Shown: one piece after another, positions 34,643 to 44,457 of the stretch
Layout: each line of letters begins with the position of its first letter
How positions within the stretch are numbered: the first letter of the stretch is position 1
From: an uncultured Opitutales bacterium
Lineage (GTDB): Bacteria > Verrucomicrobiota > Verrucomicrobiia > Opitutales > Seribacteraceae
Assembly: GCA_963934405.1 (NCBI GenBank)
Contig: CAWVZQ010000001.1
Location: forward strand, 1-50,216
Reading direction: 5' to 3'
Length of the DNA stretch: 50,216 nt
Made by a program: the position numbers and the translations under genes
Notes under the pieces: generated by a model
Told to the model about the DNA's origin: nothing
Database searches by the model: none
Seen by the model: only the letters and a program-made list of their open reading frames with translations

Positions 34643-36715
34643 TTAGAATGAAGACCTGACTGAAAGAATGAAATTTCGACCAGCTTCATTAGTCCCTGAG
34701 CCGTGGACTCTGTAATCCTCGTTCAGGAGGTTCTCCACAATTATAGACACTTCTGTCGTTTGACTTATAGAACGACCTGTTTGCAAATCCAGAACCGCAT
34801 AGCTAGGAGTGCCGCCGTCGGGTATGCGGGAAGTGTCTGCAATGTCACGGGTGGAGAGCTTGTCGGCTTCGCTGGCAAAGCGGCATGAAAATGCACCCCA
34901 CCAAGGAGAACCTTCTCGTTCCCAAGCCAAGCCCCCCTCTCCCATGAGAGGCATTAGCCTGTCGAGATATTCGCTGCGACGGTCGGAAAGGTTGGAATTG
35001 GGATACACGTAGGCTTCACCCTGAAGCCATGCAAGATGACCGTATAGGCTCCAAGAGCTCGATAGCGACATCTCGCCAACCATTTCGGCACCGGCAACCC
35101 AACCGTCACCCGAATTGCGTTTTGTAACTTCGTTCTCGCCATCGATTATATCGCCAGTCGGCGAACGGGTGATGAGGTCATCAATCCAAGTGTGAAATAA
35201 TGTAATTTCTATAGAACCACCGTCACCGGTTTTCCTGAAACCCAACTCACTGGTGAGGAACCGCTCGGGTTGTAGATTGGGTGATGGGGTCTCGATTTCG
35301 TTGGTGCGGGCGGAGTCTAAGCGAGTGAGGTCGGAAAGATTGGGAGCTCGAAACCCTTGCGAGAATCCAGTGAACCAAGTTGCCGCTTCGGTCGGTACGG
35401 ACAATCGCAGGCTACCGACGAAGGCGTTCCAGTCGTCCTCCAGTGAAGTTGTGAGCCCACTGATGGGGTCTTGGACGCTTCCGGCATCGGCAGCTGCGTG
35501 TGAAAAGCGGGCACCTGCGATGAGGCGAAAGTCTGCCGGCAGGAGGGTCTCTCGCTGAGCGAAGAGGTCGATGAGGTCGTAGGAGGCATCGTCCGCCACG
35601 GGACCCTGAATCGAGTTTGAACTGGAAAAGGAGTCGATCTTGTCGTGGTAGTATTCCGCCCCATAGGTCCAGCGGCCTTCTTCGTCGCCCTTGGACAGTT
35701 GGATTGTGGTTCCCAAAGTGCTAACTTGAAATCCCTGTAGTTGATTTGAGCCGTTTGATTTGATGCGGTCTCGAACCTCGTCCTGCTCCTGCCAAGAGAG
35801 AATGACACGGGCTTCGTCGGCCCACAAACCCCAATCTTCGGCGTCTAGACGGAGATAGGAAAGTGTCCGTTCTTGATCAAGTTCACGCCTTAGGTCCGAT
35901 CCCACGCTTGTGCCTTCCCAGCTTTTCGCATGAATGGTCTTGTGGGTTCGTGGCACGTTGTTTTGGCGAACGCGCTGATGAAGGAGCGTGAGGGTGGCGG
36001 AGTCCCCGAACCGGTGGACGAACTTGAGGTCACCGTCGTATTCATCGTACCCGACGCCCGTTTGTCGTCCGATATCGCGACCGCCTTCAAGGTCGCCAAA
36101 TCTCTTTCCCGAAAGCCCCGCGACAAAGGCGGATTTCGTCCCGATTAGGTTAGCTGTTTCTATCCTTCCGACAGTGGACCGCCGGGCGGAAGAAAAGCGG
36201 CTCAAAAAGAATCCGTTCCCGTCTTTGGCTCCCGTAAACGGGTCTTTCGTAAATACTTGCGCGGTTCCGCCGATGGCATCGGAACCGTAGAGAGACGACT
36301 TTGGGCCCTTCACGATTTCGATATGGTCGACGCCAAGAACGTCAATGGTGCTCCAGTATTGGTTTGGTCCCGAGCGGAATACCGAATTGTTCAATCTCAC
36401 GCCGTCTATTAGCATCAGGTTGCGGAATCCTGTAAATCCCCTTAAGTAGGGAGATCCTTGACCGGGCGAAGTTTCTTGAACCATTGCGCCGGGGACTTCA
36501 CGAAAAACTTGTGGCAATGTTCTAAAAGCTTTGCGGTGTATGTCCGCTTGCCCACTAACCACTATTGCGTAGGGAGTCTCGCCGATTGAAGATTCGTTGC
36601 GAGTGGCGGTAACGATCAGGGGAGCAAGAACCCCTTCGGTTTCTTGAGCCTTGGTGTGGATTGCCGCTAGAGAGACTCCGATGGCTAATATAAAAGATAG
36701 AAAAGCTTTTTGCAT
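34643..36715 (-). CDS. TonB-dependent outer-membrane receptor
   Basis: Signal peptide. Plug motifs 'LIVTATR', 'VPGAMVQE', 'GSPYLRGF', 'MLIDGVRLN', 'IEIVKGPKSSLYGSDAIGG'. Long beta-barrel with terminal Phe ('VRSSF'). Confidence 0.9.
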   Translation of the reverse strand: MQKAFLSFILAIGVSLAAIHTKAQETEGVLAPLIVTATRNESSIGETPYAIVVSGQADIHRKAFRTLPQVFREVPGAMVQETSPGQGSPYLRGFTGFRNLMLIDGVRLNNSVFRSGPNQYWSTIDVLGVDHIEIVKGPKSSLYGSDAIGGTAQVFTKDPFTGAKDGNGFFLSRFSSARRSTVGRIETANLIGTKSAFVAGLSGKRFGDLEGGRDIGRQTGVGYDEYDGDLKFVHRFGDSATLTLLHQRVRQNNVPRTHKTIHAKSWEGTSVGSDLRRELDQERTLSYLRLDAEDWGLWADEARVILSWQEQDEVRDRIKSNGSNQLQGFQVSTLGTTIQLSKGDEEGRWTYGAEYYHDKIDSFSSSNSIQGPVADDASYDLIDLFAQRETLLPADFRLIAGARFSHAAADAGSVQDPISGLTTSLEDDWNAFVGSLRLSVPTEAATWFTGFSQGFRAPNLSDLTRLDSARTNEIETPSPNLQPERFLTSELGFRKTGDGGSIEITLFHTWIDDLITRSPTGDIIDGENEVTKRNSGDGWVAGAEMVGEMSLSSSWSLYGHLAWLQGEAYVYPNSNLSDRRSEYLDRLMPLMGEGGLAWEREGSPWWGAFSCRFASEADKLSTRDIADTSRIPDGGTPSYAVLDLQTGRSISQTTEVSIIVENLLNEDYRVHGSGTNEAGRNFILSVRSSF

Positions 36716-36949
36716 GTATGCCAGTTTTTTTGTCGAATTTCTCGCCGTTAGTCAAAGCTCGAGACAATGGTCCGGGGCATTTTTAAAAGAGGCCATGCAA
36801 TCTTACTCCAACCTCTTCTGCTAAAAGGATTATTGAGTGATGCCCGAAAGCCTTTTCTTGATCGGAATCGGATTCCGACGGCATCATGTTTTCATCATTA
36901 AGATGTCGTCGAAGTTGACACGGGAAAGATCACCCTTTTTATTTTAACT

Positions 36950-37546
36950 ATGAATGACCCCTTCAGGCAAGACGAGCCCCCTAAACCGACTGGCAGACCT
37001 CCCAAGCCCGGAAAGCCTCCGTTGTTTAAGGATCGGCGGGCGCACAGGATCGAGTTGCGCAATAAGATCTCCGGATTCAAAGAAGAAATCAACGAACTCA
37101 AGACCTTTAAGACGGACGACGAATCCAAGAAAGCCGAGATTCAACAAAAAATGTCCGTTTTGAAGACTCGACTCAAGGAATGCGAAATGGAAAAAGAGTC
37201 CATTGAGCAATTCAACCATACCCAGTTCGTAAAGAACGTTGAGAAGAGTCGAGAAGACGAATCTCGTTTCGATAAGGAGTCACATGGGCAGACTCGTTTT
37301 TTTGAAAATCTTACTAAGGATGCGGAATCCGAGGACACTACTGCAGATTCAGTATGGGATTCCTCCGGCGATGAGAGCGCGGAGCCACCCGATGCTGTTC
37401 TGGAGGTAGAGAAAGAGGAAGAAGTTTCTTCAAGTGAGCCAGAAGCTGAATCAAGCGAGTCCCCTGCGAAAGAGGAGAAGTCCGAAGAAGTTGAATCCGA
37501 GGCTCCCTTGCCTCAAATTGAAATACCCCCGAATACAATCGTCTAG
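36950..37546 (+). CDS. Hypothetical charged/coiled-coil protein with acidic Ser/Glu-rich tail
   Basis: 198-aa ORF. Pro/Lys-rich N-terminus, predicted coiled-coil middle, acidic tail 'EVEKEEEVSSSEPEAESSESPAKEEKSEEVESE'. No recognisable domain. Confidence 0.5.
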   Translation: MNDPFRQDEPPKPTGRPPKPGKPPLFKDRRAHRIELRNKISGFKEEINELKTFKTDDESKKAEIQQKMSVLKTRLKECEMEKESIEQFNHTQFVKNVEKSREDESRFDKESHGQTRFFENLTKDAESEDTTADSVWDSSGDESAEPPDAVLEVEKEEEVSSSEPEAESSESPAKEEKSEEVESEAPLPQIEIPPNTIV

Positions 37547-37561
37547 TCCGGGCTGTTTCAG

Positions 37562-39037
37562 CTATTCGTAGCGCCACTTCATGACCCAAGGGTCGTTCGT
37601 CTGTGTCTGAAAGGCTTTCAGCTTTTTCTTTAGTCGAGCAAGAAGCTTCATGTGCTTAGAGGAGTCGGCCAGATTATTCCCCTCGTGAGGGTCTTCTTTC
37701 AGGTCGTATAGCTCGAAGGCTGGTCGGTGGATGTAGTTCCGCACGGTCTTGGCTCCGTAGGGAGCGCTCATTCCCTGCTTCCACTGCGCTTGCCAAGTAG
37801 GAGCCGCCCAAAGGTCCGATGCGAAAGGGTAGGGCAGGCCATGGGCGATGTTCCAAATCAACTTGTAGCGTCTTTCCCGAACTACGCGCATGGGGTAATA
37901 CATCGTAATCTCGTGGAAGGTATGTGAGGCGTTTACTTGATCCCAACCGTTGGTTCTTTCTTGATCCAGAACCGAGAGAAACGAGCGACCATGGAACTTG
38001 CCCGGTGCTAATGCCCGACCGTTTTGCTCCCCTTTGATCTTGGCAATACCGAGGCTTTTTTCGGTAGATGGAGTAAGCTTACCCTTGCCGTCGAGTACAT
38101 TGGCAAATTCAAGAATCGTTGGTGCCAGATCCACCCAGCTGACCATGGCATCTGTCGCGATGCCCCTTTTTTTCAAGTAGGGGTTTCTTACTAGGCAGGG
38201 AGATCGCATGCCCCCTTCATAAAGGGTGGTCTTGGCCCCCGGCATAGCGATGCCGTGGTCGGCAATGAAGAGGAATAGGGTGTCTTCCCATTTGCCCGTT
38301 TCCTTTAGGATTTCGATTAGACGACCGATGCCTTGATCCACCCGTGAAACAGACTGATAGTACTGTGCGATTTCGGCTCGGCAGGTCGGGGTGTCCGGCA
38401 AAAAACCCGGGACATTTACCTTTTTGGGATCGTAGATTACCTCCTTGATTCCAGGATAGCCCTTGGATCCTGGTTTTGGATTGCCGAAGCGGTCGGGTTT
38501 GTAGGGAAGTTCATTGGCGGAACCGCCTCCGCGATGCGGATCGGAGGTGCAGATGTAGAGAAAGAACGGTTTTTCCGAATCCTCTGTGAGAAAGGCTTTA
38601 GAGTTTTCGGCCATTTCTACGGGGCTACGGGAGTTGCCGGGGATGGCTTGGCCGAACTTGTAGATACTTTCGGGTGCTACATGATATTTGCCGCAACGAG
38701 CGGTCCGATAGCCGCCATGAGAAAGGTATACGGGAAGGCTGATGAGGTTTCCGTAGCTGTTGAATTTGTGGTAACTATGTTGATGACCGTAATGTCCGTT
38801 GGCATGGTTGTGTAGCCCCGAAAGGATGACGGACCGGCTGGCCGAGCAGCTGGCGGTCGTGCAGAAGGCGTTCTTGAAGAGAGTTCCGTCGGTGGCGAGA
38901 GCATCGAGATTCGGAGTTTTTAGCGCAGGGTTTCCGTATGTTCCGAAATCGGGACTCTGGTCGTCGGTTACGAACAAGACGACATTGCGCTTTGCGGCTT
39001 GGGCGATGCCTAAGCTGAGGCAAAGCAAGAAAATCAA
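37562..39037 (-). CDS. Sulfatase (N-sulfoglucosamine sulfohydrolase-like)
   Basis: 'NVVLFVTDDQ', FGly motif region 'CTTASCSASRSVILSGL', 'FLFIADHGIAMPGAKTTLYEGG'. Signal peptide at the N-terminus. Confidence 0.9.
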   Translation of the reverse strand: MIFLLCLSLGIAQAAKRNVVLFVTDDQSPDFGTYGNPALKTPNLDALATDGTLFKNAFCTTASCSASRSVILSGLHNHANGHYGHQHSYHKFNSYGNLISLPVYLSHGGYRTARCGKYHVAPESIYKFGQAIPGNSRSPVEMAENSKAFLTEDSEKPFFLYICTSDPHRGGGSANELPYKPDRFGNPKPGSKGYPGIKEVIYDPKKVNVPGFLPDTPTCRAEIAQYYQSVSRVDQGIGRLIEILKETGKWEDTLFLFIADHGIAMPGAKTTLYEGGMRSPCLVRNPYLKKRGIATDAMVSWVDLAPTILEFANVLDGKGKLTPSTEKSLGIAKIKGEQNGRALAPGKFHGRSFLSVLDQERTNGWDQVNASHTFHEITMYYPMRVVRERRYKLIWNIAHGLPYPFASDLWAAPTWQAQWKQGMSAPYGAKTVRNYIHRPAFELYDLKEDPHEGNNLADSSKHMKLLARLKKKLKAFQTQTNDPWVMKWRYE

Positions 39038-39130
39038 AGACGTAAAAGTTTTTATAGTACTGATATGTTAAGGGTGGGTGATGATTAATTAAATCCTCAT
39101 GGCGTCTGTCGAGTTCCAATCGACTTTTAA

Positions 39131-39160
39131 AATAGAAAAACCGGCGTCGAGTGACGCCGG
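39131..39160 (-). terminator. Rho-independent terminator downstream of 39231-40316
   Basis: On the minus strand: 'CCGGCGTC-ACTC-GACGCCGG' (8-bp GC-rich stem, 4-nt loop) followed by 'TTTTTCTATTTT'. Confidence 0.6.
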
Positions 39161-39230
39161 CTTTTCGGGATGTGGTGGAGCTTCTTAAGCCTTGCGGGAT
39201 AGGCTTTACCGAAATTTATTTGATATGAAT

Positions 39231-40316
39231 TTATCCAATCTCGACAGGTTTCCCGGTACGGGCGGATTCGTAGGTTGCATCAATCGTTTTCATTAGAGAC
39301 AAAGCTTGATCCGGGGTGTTCAGTGGCGCTTCGGCGCCTTCTACGGAAAGAATGAAGTTTTGGGCGGCGCGGATACGTCCCATATCCTCGTTTGCCTCAG
39401 TGATAATGGAGCGATTTACCGAGCGACCATTCTCCTGTACGTAGAGCTCGCAATCGTCGATTGCCGTCTCATCGAGACCATCCGAACCAAAAAGCCTGCG
39501 AATCATTCCGCCGGCTTTGGTGCCTTGAAAGGTAACGGAGACTTCCTCGCGTTTGTTCATCTCGGCCCAAGAGACCTGAAAGGAAAGAATTTGTCCGGTT
39601 GCGAACCGCACGAAGCCGTGGGCCGCAGTCTCGACATCCGTGGCGCCATCGACAACATCTGGTATTCCCCAAGGTCCCTTGAAGGCTTTATCCGTAATGA
39701 AATCATCGAAGGTTTGAGCGAGAACGTATTGCGGTTCAGGGTAGTCCATGTAGTACATGGCGAGGTCAACCATATGTAAAAGGTCGATGAGAGGACCTCC
39801 TCCGGATAGTTCCTTACTGGTAAACCAACCGCCAAACCCCGGTATGCCCGTACGTCGAACCCACTTGGCTTGCGCAGAATTTATGCGACCTACTTCGCCT
39901 CCCTTGATGTAATCCCGCAAGGCGTAGGACTCAGGTCGTGCTCGGTTGTTAAAATTAAACATCAAGGTCTTACCCGCTGTCTCTGCGGCATCTTTCATTT
40001 GAGAGACTTCAGAGGCATTCAATGCGGGAGGTTTTTCACAGAATACGTGCTTGCCCGCTTCCAGGAGTTGGACGCTGAGAGGTTTGTGAAACCGATTGGG
40101 GGTGATTACGCTGACGGCTTCCAGTTCGGGTTGCCGTTCAAGCATTTCCGCGACGTCGCTGAACACATTGGCAACTTCGTATTCTTTTGCCGCTTTTGCT
40201 GCTGCCGCTTCATTCATGTCGCAGATGGCGATTATTTCGGCATCGGCTTCTCGAAAGCCAGCCGCGTGGTATTGGAGCATGCCGCCCGCGCCGATGATTC
40301 CTACTTTGGTAGCCAT
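39231..40316 (-). CDS. Gfo/Idh/MocA-family oxidoreductase
   Basis: 'KVGIIGAGGMLQYH' Rossmann N-terminus, 'VFCEKP' motif. Met11 start, 5 nt after the upstream stop. Confidence 0.85.
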   Translation of the reverse strand: MATKVGIIGAGGMLQYHAAGFREADAEIIAICDMNEAAAAKAAKEYEVANVFSDVAEMLERQPELEAVSVITPNRFHKPLSVQLLEAGKHVFCEKPPALNASEVSQMKDAAETAGKTLMFNFNNRARPESYALRDYIKGGEVGRINSAQAKWVRRTGIPGFGGWFTSKELSGGGPLIDLLHMVDLAMYYMDYPEPQYVLAQTFDDFITDKAFKGPWGIPDVVDGATDVETAAHGFVRFATGQILSFQVSWAEMNKREEVSVTFQGTKAGGMIRRLFGSDGLDETAIDDCELYVQENGRSVNRSIITEANEDMGRIRAAQNFILSVEGAEAPLNTPDQALSLMKTIDATYESARTGKPVEIG

Positions 40317-40321
40317 AGTTT

Positions 40322-41482
40322 TCAGATGCGGGGAAATTTGACCCACTTTTCCTTTGCCTTTGAGCTTTTCACGACAGTCTCGATGAAAGCCATTCCAATT
40401 ATGCCGTCCCTAATATCGGGAAAGTCATAGCCGCTTTTGCGAGGGAACTTGCCCGCGATCTCATCACGAATGGCGACGCCGGCGGCGTTGTATACATTCG
40501 CAAAAGCCTCTATGAAGCCTTCGGGGTGACCAAATGGAATGCGCGTGTTTGCGGCAGCGGCTCCAGTTATGTAATCGTTGCCTCTCCTATAGATCGTGCG
40601 AGGGATTCGGGCATCTTTGACTAAAAGTTCGTTTGGATCTTCCTGATGCCATTCGAGAGACTTTTTGGTGCCGTATACTCTAATGTTTAGGTCGTTCTCG
40701 TCGCCGTTGGATACTTGTGACGCGTAAATTATACCCTTGGCGCCACCTTTGAAGCGGACGAGGACGTTTCCATCATCGTCAAGGGTACGACCTGGAATGT
40801 TCACGGACAGGTCGGCGCAGAGCTTGTCTATTTCCAAGCCCGTTACGTAGTGGACTAGATTTTCGGCATGCGTGCCGATATCTCCCATGCAATTGGAAAT
40901 GCCCGCTACTTTTGGGTCGGCTCTCCAGTTGGCGATCGCCTTGTCCTCACCCGTCAGCGCGGTGATCGCATATCCTTGTGGATATTCGCAGACAATTTTT
41001 ATGATTTCGCCGAGTTCCCCCTTCTTAACCATGTCACGGGCCAACTTAACCATTGGGTAGCCAGTATAGTTGTGAGTAAGAGCGAAGACCTTTTTCGACT
41101 TTTTGATGATCTTGCGAAGCTCGCGTGCTTGCTCAAGGTCGTAGGTAACCGGCTTATCACATATTACATTGAAGCCGGACTCGAGGAAGGTTTTGGCTAC
41201 TTCGAAGTGCAAGTAGTTCTGTACCACGATGGTCACGAAGTCGATACGCTCGTTTTCGGGTAGGGCGGCTTCCTTTTCGGCCATCTCTTGATAGCTTGCG
41301 TAAGTTCGCTTTGGATCGACGTAGAAGTCCTTGCCAGAGAGCTTGGACTTTTTGGGATCCGAGGAGAACGCCCCTGCAACAAGTTCGAATTGTCCGTCTA
41401 GGTTTGCGGCTGCTCGGTGAACACCCCCAATGAAGGCTCCGCGACCTCCACCGACCATTCCCATGCGTAGTTTACGTTTCAT
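40322..41482 (-). CDS. Gfo/Idh/MocA-family oxidoreductase
   Basis: 'LRMGMVGGGRGAFIGGVH', 'VICDKP', typical alpha/beta C-terminal domain. Confidence 0.85.
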   Translation of the reverse strand: MKRKLRMGMVGGGRGAFIGGVHRAAANLDGQFELVAGAFSSDPKKSKLSGKDFYVDPKRTYASYQEMAEKEAALPENERIDFVTIVVQNYLHFEVAKTFLESGFNVICDKPVTYDLEQARELRKIIKKSKKVFALTHNYTGYPMVKLARDMVKKGELGEIIKIVCEYPQGYAITALTGEDKAIANWRADPKVAGISNCMGDIGTHAENLVHYVTGLEIDKLCADLSVNIPGRTLDDDGNVLVRFKGGAKGIIYASQVSNGDENDLNIRVYGTKKSLEWHQEDPNELLVKDARIPRTIYRRGNDYITGAAAANTRIPFGHPEGFIEAFANVYNAAGVAIRDEIAGKFPRKSGYDFPDIRDGIIGMAFIETVVKSSKAKEKWVKFPRI

Positions 41483-41529
41483 ATCATTATTTTTCCGGCA
41501 GACTAATTATATGGCTTGATCGGACATCG

Positions 41530-42573
41530 TTACTGGTTGTCTTTGTCGAATGCTGAGTCGAATGCCATTTCATTGGGTTTGAAAGCAAGCTCCCTAACGA
41601 AATCGCATGATTCCTCGGCCCCATGAAAGCGATCCATTCTGCTGTCTTCCCATTCGACCGAAAGCGGACCCTTATAGCCGACATCGTTGAGGGCTACGAT
41701 AATCTCTTCGAAGTCGATGTCGCCTCGACCGACTGACCGAAAATCCCAAAAGCGCCGAGGGTCGGCGAACGTTGTGTGGCCTCCGAATACTCCAACGGAA
41801 CCATCTCCATGACCCCACCAAGCATCCTTCATGTGGACGTGATAGATCCGGTCAGCGAAGTCTCGAATGAATTTCACATAGTCTACTCCTTGATATCCTA
41901 GGTGGGAAGGATCGTAGTTGAAGCCGAAACGCTTGTGGTTCTTAAGGGCCTTGACCGCTCGTTCGGCACTGGCGATGTCAAAGGCTATTTCAGTCGGGTG
42001 GACTTCCAAGCCGAAGTTTACGTTATGCTTTTCGAACTCCTCCATGATGGGGCCGAAGCGTTTGGCGAAATCTTCAAAGCCTTTTTCCCAATAAGCTTGG
42101 TCGGTTGGCGGAAACGCATAGATTGAGTGCCATATGCTCGACCCCGTAAAGCCGTTCACCACCGCGGGGAAATCATCCTTTTTGCCGCGCCCAGGTTTGC
42201 AATTGATGAAATTTCGGCAGGCCTTAGCGGTTTTGGCCATCTTCTTTGCTGCGCGACGACGCACCTTCTCGGGATCACCTTCGCCCCATACGTCTTCTGG
42301 CAAAATAGCTTTGTGACGTTCGTCGATGAGGTCGCAAATGGCTTGGCCGACAAGGTGACTGGAAATGGCGAAACTGGTCAGCCCATGGTCGCTGAGGATT
42401 TCCCAACGCTCGTTGCAGTACTTCTTGGAGACTGCCGCCTTGTCCACGTCGAAGTGGTCGCCCCAGCAGGCAAGTTCCAAGCCGTCGTAACCCATTTCAG
42501 CTGCCTTTGCAGCTAAATCAGGAAGTGAAAGGTCGGCCCACTGGCCGGTGAATAAGGTTACTGGTCTCGCCAT
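41530..42573 (-). CDS. Sugar phosphate isomerase/epimerase (xylose-isomerase-like TIM barrel)
   Basis: '[15 protein letters not shown]', '[13 protein letters not shown]', '[10 protein letters not shown]', 'LSVEWED' metal-ligand pattern. Confidence 0.85.
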   Translation of the reverse strand: MARPVTLFTGQWADLSLPDLAAKAAEMGYDGLELACWGDHFDVDKAAVSKKYCNERWEILSDHGLTSFAISSHLVGQAICDLIDERHKAILPEDVWGEGDPEKVRRRAAKKMAKTAKACRNFINCKPGRGKKDDFPAVVNGFTGSSIWHSIYAFPPTDQAYWEKGFEDFAKRFGPIMEEFEKHNVNFGLEVHPTEIAFDIASAERAVKALKNHKRFGFNYDPSHLGYQGVDYVKFIRDFADRIYHVHMKDAWWGHGDGSVGVFGGHTTFADPRRFWDFRSVGRGDIDFEEIIVALNDVGYKGPLSVEWEDSRMDRFHGAEESCDFVRELAFKPNEMAFDSAFDKDNQ

Positions 42574-42736
42574 AATTGGAGGTGTTTGTAGATATTTTTT
42601 GAGGTCGAAAAAAAGGGAGAATCATCTTGAGGGAAAACAAATGGCCTGCAAAGACTTTTTTTCTCTTTTGCTTAATGCCAGATGGTTCAAGAACTGCTTT
42701 TTGACGAACTGCGGTGGCTATGCCAATTATCTAAAA

Positions 42737-43396
42737 CTAGCTTGAGACTAAAATCTTTTTGGCTGCTTTCGAGCCGAGAGTGAAAGGCTTTTTATTGCCA
42801 ACTCGCAATTCTACCGCATCAGAAATTAAATCGCGGTTGGTAACTTCGACCGAGGTTCCGGGTACTAATCCCTTCCTTCTTGCGAAGTTCAGAAAATCGG
42901 TGCTCTGGTCAGTCAAAAGTTTGATTGTGCGCGGTTGTTTACTTTGGCACTCCAACAAGTTGCGGATTCGCCGTTCTGCAAATTTTCCGTCCTTTGTAGG
43001 TATGGGATCGCCGTGAGGATCGAATTCAGGTCGCCCGAGGAATTTGTCCAGACGATCGAGGACCTTTTCCGATATTGAGTGTTCCAATTCCTCGGCTTCT
43101 TGATGAATCTCCGTCCAGTCCAGCCCTAAGGTTTCTACTAAGAAGGTTTCCACGAGTCGATGTCGCCTCAGCATGTCCATGCCCAACTTGCGGCCTTTTG
43201 CGGTAAGTGTTACTCCCTGCCTCGATTTGTAGCGTACGAGCTTTGTCCGCTCTAGGTTCTTGATCATCGAAGTGGCAGTGCCTGCTGCTACCTCTAGTCC
43301 CTTGGCGATTTCTCCCATACCCACTTGTCCCTCCCTCGTTTCTAGAGACAGGACGAGAATCTTTTTGACGTAATTTTCTACCGTTGCGCTAGGCAT
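42737..43396 (-). CDS. DtxR/MntR-family metal-dependent transcriptional repressor with C-terminal FeoA/SH3-like domain
   Basis: HTH 'MGEIAKGLEVAAGTATSMIKNLE'. 'RRHRLVETFL...HQEAEELEHSIS...DPHGDPIP'. Divergent from the metal ABC operon. Confidence 0.9.
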   Translation of the reverse strand: MPSATVENYVKKILVLSLETREGQVGMGEIAKGLEVAAGTATSMIKNLERTKLVRYKSRQGVTLTAKGRKLGMDMLRRHRLVETFLVETLGLDWTEIHQEAEELEHSISEKVLDRLDKFLGRPEFDPHGDPIPTKDGKFAERRIRNLLECQSKQPRTIKLLTDQSTDFLNFARRKGLVPGTSVEVTNRDLISDAVELRVGNKKPFTLGSKAAKKILVSS

Positions 43397-43469
43397 GCGA
43401 AGACTCGATCAAAGTATACCAAAAGGATTGACACAAGATTATTCGAGGAAGAGACTTTGACTAATCAAA

Positions 43470-44453
43470 ATGAAATCTTTTAATACAAAAAATTCAGTGC
43501 TTCGTTTTTTTGTTACGAGTCGATTGGTGGCACTCCGGGGACTTGGATCAATCTTCACTGTTTTGTTTTTTGCCGGATGCGGTGCGGGGGATTCGGACGG
43601 GAAGCTCGTTGTCGTTTCAACGACCACTCATGTTACGGACATTGTGAAGTTTGTAGCCGGTGACCGTTTGGATGTGATTGCACTCATGGGGCCCGGCGTA
43701 GATCCCCACTTATACAAGCCATCTGCGGGAGATGCGGCTACCTTGGCCAAGGCTGATTTGATTTTCTTCAGTGGTCTGATGCTGGAAGGTCGTATGGCTG
43801 ACGTTTTTGCAAAGGTCTCTCGCCGGGGAACCAAAGCTTATGCGGTAACCGAGAACGTGCCCGAAGAATTACTCCTTGAACCTGAAGAGTTTGAGGGACA
43901 CTGGGATCCTCACGTATGGTTCGATCCCGTGATCTGGTCCCAGTGTATCGATGTCGTCAGTAATGCACTCGCTGAAAATGATCCCGAGGGCAAGGCTGGC
44001 TATACCGAAAGAGCAGAGGCACTGAAGACCGAGTATCTCGCCGTGACCCAATGGGCACAGGTGCGCATAAGCGGTTTGCCTGAAGAATCTCGTTATCTTG
44101 TTACCAGTCACGATGCCTTCAATTACTTCGGGCGTGCTTTTGGTCTCGAAGTCCTAGCCGTCCAAGGCATTTCCACTGCTACCGAAGCAGGTCTTGCCGA
44201 TCGAGTCGCCATGGTCGACTTCGTAAAAAAGCATGAAGTGAAGGCTATTTTCGTCGAAAGCAGTGTTAATCCTGCAATTATTGAGGGCATCGCCAAGGAA
44301 GCTGGCGTGAAGATCGGAGGAGAATTGTTTTCCGACGCCATGGGCCGACCGGGTCGTTTGGAAAAGGGACCTGATGGCGAGCAATACGACATAGGCACCT
44401 GGTCTGGCATGATGAAGCATAACGTGAACACTATCGTGGAAGGGTTGAAGTAA
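43470..44453 (+). CDS. Metal (Mn/Zn/Fe) ABC transporter substrate-binding protein, cluster A-I (TroA/ZnuA/PsaA-like)
   Basis: Lipobox 'FFAGCG'. 'VVSTTTHVTDIV', 'DPHLYKPS', 'DPHVWFD', 'VTSHDAFNYF', 'IFVESSVNP'. Confidence 0.9.
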   Translation: MKSFNTKNSVLRFFVTSRLVALRGLGSIFTVLFFAGCGAGDSDGKLVVVSTTTHVTDIVKFVAGDRLDVIALMGPGVDPHLYKPSAGDAATLAKADLIFFSGLMLEGRMADVFAKVSRRGTKAYAVTENVPEELLLEPEEFEGHWDPHVWFDPVIWSQCIDVVSNALAENDPEGKAGYTERAEALKTEYLAVTQWAQVRISGLPEESRYLVTSHDAFNYFGRAFGLEVLAVQGISTATEAGLADRVAMVDFVKKHEVKAIFVESSVNPAIIEGIAKEAGVKIGGELFSDAMGRPGRLEKGPDGEQYDIGTWSGMMKHNVNTIVEGLK

Positions 44454-44457
44454 TAGT

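Noticed and set aside
36716-36949. Possible cobalamin or TPP riboswitch in front of the TonB-dependent receptor.
   Set aside because: Reading the minus strand, I could not find the B12-box or 'GGTGAAA..TCC' core, nor the TPP 'CTGAGA...ACCTGA' core. Only generic hairpins are present, and these are reported separately at low interest.
43397-43469. DtxR/MntR operator in the divergent promoter region of the metal importer.
   Set aside because: There is only a weak palindrome with 4-bp arms ('TTGA-CTAA-TCAA') plus two TTGAC(A/T) words. This is insufficient to call an operator without a motif model.
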